Shown here piece after piece: positions 61,537-64,000 of a stretch of DNA of 64,000 nucleotides (positions within the stretch are counted from its first letter, which is position 1; every line of letters starts with the position of its first letter). The notes below the pieces were generated by a model. It was not told where the DNA came from. It saw only the letters and a list, made by a program, of their open reading frames with translations, and ran no database searches. The DNA is taken from IMG/VR virus record IMGVR_UViG_3300042375_000684. One strand, written 5' to 3'. This DNA comes from a virus. The position numbers and the translations under genes were made by a program.

Positions 61537-62592
61537 TTAAAACTCCTTAATCATTTTTTCTTCGGAAGGCATCTTCATCATAGAACCATCTGCCAATTTA
61601 ACATTCTTAAATCTTGTCGGATATTGGAAGAATAGGTTACCTCTGGCACTATATTTGTAAATAACACTACTTTCTAATGTAAAACTACTAGAATCTTCAA
61701 ATGTAAACTTCATGGTATTTTCTACCATTCCATTACGAATATTAGTCTTTACTATTTCGTGTGATTTAGGTTGACCTTTCTTCTGAAGGATCAAAGCAAG
61801 TTTGGAAGTATTCTTAGAAACAAACCCATCAACAATTTCGGATACATTATTCTCGATTAGTTTCTTAATTCTTGCAACTGCGTCTGGCATCTTTTCAAGA
61901 TACTTCTTGCCTTCTTTTGTTCTCACAATAAAGATTGTAGTTGCAACAAGTTGGGATGTTTCATCTTTTGGTAGATCAGGACCACGAGTAATGTCACGAA
62001 TATTTTCATATGCTGTCATAATTTGACTTGTGACACTTTCCTTCAATTCAGTTTTAAATGAATCGGTGGCTTCCTGCATGAATTTAAATGCAGATTTTGT
62101 CGCATCAAATGAAGCAAGAGGTTTTATAAATTGACCTGGTTTTGGTTCTTTCGGTGGCTTGCCTTTTTGAACATAACCTTTGATTACACTTAGTGCTTCT
62201 GGTATATCTTTTACGGAATTAAAAAATGTTTTTAATTGTGAAGGCAGATCAGTTATCTTTGCTGTATCTTTGATTGCCTTCTTAATATCACCAGCAGTAT
62301 AGATTGAATATGGTATTTTTTCAGATGCATCTCTATTGGATTGGCGATAATCTATAATTGTTTTTGAAACTATATCATATGTTAATCTGACAATATTAAG
62401 TAAACCAGATGAAGCTTCGGTAAATCTTGCATTGTAAATTGATTTATCTTCTGCTGCCTTTATAAGTATATCTAGATATTCAACACCTTTGGTTTTATAT
62501 CTATCGCTAACCATATTTAAAATAGGTTTTACTTTTGCAAGCGCGGTGCCTGCTTCAGAACTTTCAACAATATATGATTTAAATGTAAACAC
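61537..62592 (-). CDS. putative head-packaged protein of unknown function
   Basis: GTG start (MFTFKSYIVE) with AGGA RBS. Confidence 0.6.
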   Translation of the reverse strand: MFTFKSYIVESSEAGTALAKVKPILNMVSDRYKTKGVEYLDILIKAAEDKSIYNARFTEASSGLLNIVRLTYDIVSKTIIDYRQSNRDASEKIPYSIYTAGDIKKAIKDTAKITDLPSQLKTFFNSVKDIPEALSVIKGYVQKGKPPKEPKPGQFIKPLASFDATKSAFKFMQEATDSFKTELKESVTSQIMTAYENIRDITRGPDLPKDETSQLVATTIFIVRTKEGKKYLEKMPDAVARIKKLIENNVSEIVDGFVSKNTSKLALILQKKGQPKSHEIVKTNIRNGMVENTMKFTFEDSSSFTLESSVIYKYSARGNLFFQYPTRFKNVKLADGSMMKMPSEEKMIKEF

Positions 62593-62593
62593 A

Positions 62594-63130
62594 TCAATCT
62601 TCCTTGTAATATGGGTTTTTAGGATCAGTATCACCAGTTACATCCGGCCACCAATCTAATTCAAACCTTTTACCATCGGCGAACATTTTTTTCATAGATT
62701 TGATACGTGTTTCATATTCTGATTTAGAAGGAGTTATATTTCCTTCAACAACATCTATTACATACTGTATTGTAACTGCGTTAGCACTCAAACTAGCACA
62801 TCTAGCACCAACTTCACCCTTTAAATGGTCTATTAAAATACTCTCACTACTTTTAGCAAGATCATCTGATAAATCATGCGATACCTTTAAATCTACATAA
62901 GAATAAACATAATCATAATGTGGTAGTGGAGATGAATGTAAAATAAACTCATCTAATACTTCAATTCGTTTAAACCCATCTTTATTATACCAAATTGCTC
63001 TCTTACTGGTTAATTCGGTAGGCATACCAAAGAATTTTTGGAGCTGTTTTACGTAATTAGCAGGTTCAGTATTTTCCCACTGATTTAAAATAGAATTAGA
63101 TTCTTTAATATATTGTTTAAAACCTATCAT
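62594..63130 (-). CDS. putative head-packaged hypothetical protein
   Basis: MIGFKQYIKE N-terminus. Confidence 0.6.
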   Translation of the reverse strand: MIGFKQYIKESNSILNQWENTEPANYVKQLQKFFGMPTELTSKRAIWYNKDGFKRIEVLDEFILHSSPLPHYDYVYSYVDLKVSHDLSDDLAKSSESILIDHLKGEVGARCASLSANAVTIQYVIDVVEGNITPSKSEYETRIKSMKKMFADGKRFELDWWPDVTGDTDPKNPYYKED

Positions 63131-63537
63131 ACTTTTAGCACCGGGTTTGGAGTAGAGAAGTTCTTCTTGCGCATGATAGTTTTTGCAATAACAACTAAAT
63201 CATCACTTTTGCGATCATATTCAACTGCGATTGGCATATTTAGGTCACTTTGAAGATCCTTTACTACTGCCTCTGCATCTACAAATTTACTAAGTGACTT
63301 TTCACCGTGTTGATACTTCTTATAGATCTTTTGGATCATAGCAGCAAGTTCTTTCATGTCGATGCAAGGATCATTTCGTGAATCTGTCATACGCTCACGG
63401 AAGTGCTTTGTGAAGTCAAAGTCAATATTAAACTTTTCGAACATCTTGTCAACAAACTTTTCAAATGCCTTCATATGTTCGGTAGTTAGTATTGGGCATG
63501 TTTCTGCTTCTACTACAAATTGCTTAAATCTTAGCAT
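63127..63537 (-). CDS. putative head-packaged hypothetical protein
   Basis: MLRFKQFVVE N-terminus; FTKHFRERM, KTIMRK motifs. Confidence 0.6.
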   Translation of the reverse strand: MLRFKQFVVEAETCPILTTEHMKAFEKFVDKMFEKFNIDFDFTKHFRERMTDSRNDPCIDMKELAAMIQKIYKKYQHGEKSLSKFVDAEAVVKDLQSDLNMPIAVEYDRKSDDLVVIAKTIMRKKNFSTPNPVLKV

Positions 63538-63905
63538 TATTCTCCGTCTCCGCTTCCGCCATCTGAACTACTACTTTTGCCACCTGGAACTGATTTTAGT
63601 TTTCCATCCATTGTTCTGATTTTTGTATTTGGTACATCAATCATCTTGCCTTCAAATCCTCTTGCTTTACCTTCGAGGAATGTTTCAAATTTTTCATCAA
63701 CACTTTCAAATGCAACACCAACTTTAGTATGTTTTGCTTCTTTTTCATACTTTTTTCTCATTTTTGATGTTGCTTCGCCTGGTGTCTTTGTTTTATCAAA
63801 TGAAGGGTCTGCAACAAGCTCACCGCCACCAACTGATTTAGTATCTTGTGCATCAACATCACCGTCACTATCTGTATCTTTACTTTTGAGAGCATGTTGT
63901 ATCAT
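63537..63905 (-). CDS. hypothetical protein (start may lie upstream)
   Basis: acidic/Gly-rich ORF; FESVDE, FLEG sites. Confidence 0.5.
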   Translation of the reverse strand: MIQHALKSKDTDSDGDVDAQDTKSVGGGELVADPSFDKTKTPGEATSKMRKKYEKEAKHTKVGVAFESVDEKFETFLEGKARGFEGKMIDVPNTKIRTMDGKLKSVPGGKSSSSDGGSGDGE

Positions 63906-64000
63906 TTGCTTTAGATTAAGACCAACACCAAGGTGGTGCTGATTGTGCTTTGAAACTAGAGCTGAAATATCAGGTGTTGCTGGTTCTACAAAGTCTGGTA

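Noticed and set aside
1-64000. tRNA/rRNA genes and alternative genetic code
   Set aside because: I saw no cloverleaf or rRNA-like segment (tRNAscan-SE was not run). The standard code already gives dense, coupled ORFs with all three stop codons in use.

Overview
This is a 64-kb segment of a large, AT-rich, T4-like (myovirus-type) dsDNA phage genome. Nearly all genes are on the minus strand and tightly packed. The assignment rests on T4-type RNase H, gp61-type primase, gp30-type DNA ligase, RnlA-type RNA ligase, a MobE-type HNH endonuclease, TATAAATA late promoters and C(UUCG)G terminators. The left ~44 kb is an accessory/early region of small ORF cassettes driven by a repeated sigma70-type promoter with an invariant GANTC site. 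It carries RNA-repair enzymes (two RNA ligases, PNK-like kinase, phosphoesterases, Thg1), an NAD salvage pair (NAMPT plus NMNAT-Nudix), NADAR, a ClpP-like protease, an SPFH protein, a SleB-type hydrolase and a Pal/OmpA-like protein. From 44 to 52 kb lie nucleotide metabolism and replication genes: nrdA fractured into two genes by a split intein with a MobE-like HNH gene between the halves, nrdB with an N-terminal ATP-cone, thyA, DHFR and primase. From 52 to 64 kb lie lysis genes and a family of probable head-packaged proteins with repeated E-x-E-L-D-E linkers. The most novel-looking signal is a two-hairpin 5' leader (C-AGAGA-G loop, then an A-GGAGU-U loop containing the Shine-Dalgarno). It occurs three times with compensatory stem changes, upstream of NAMPT, NMNAT-Nudix and an uncharacterised 2OG-Fe(II)-like gene. 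I found no tRNA, rRNA or CRISPR array. All family assignments come from motif recognition by eye; no database search was run. An alphaproteobacterial host is only an inference.
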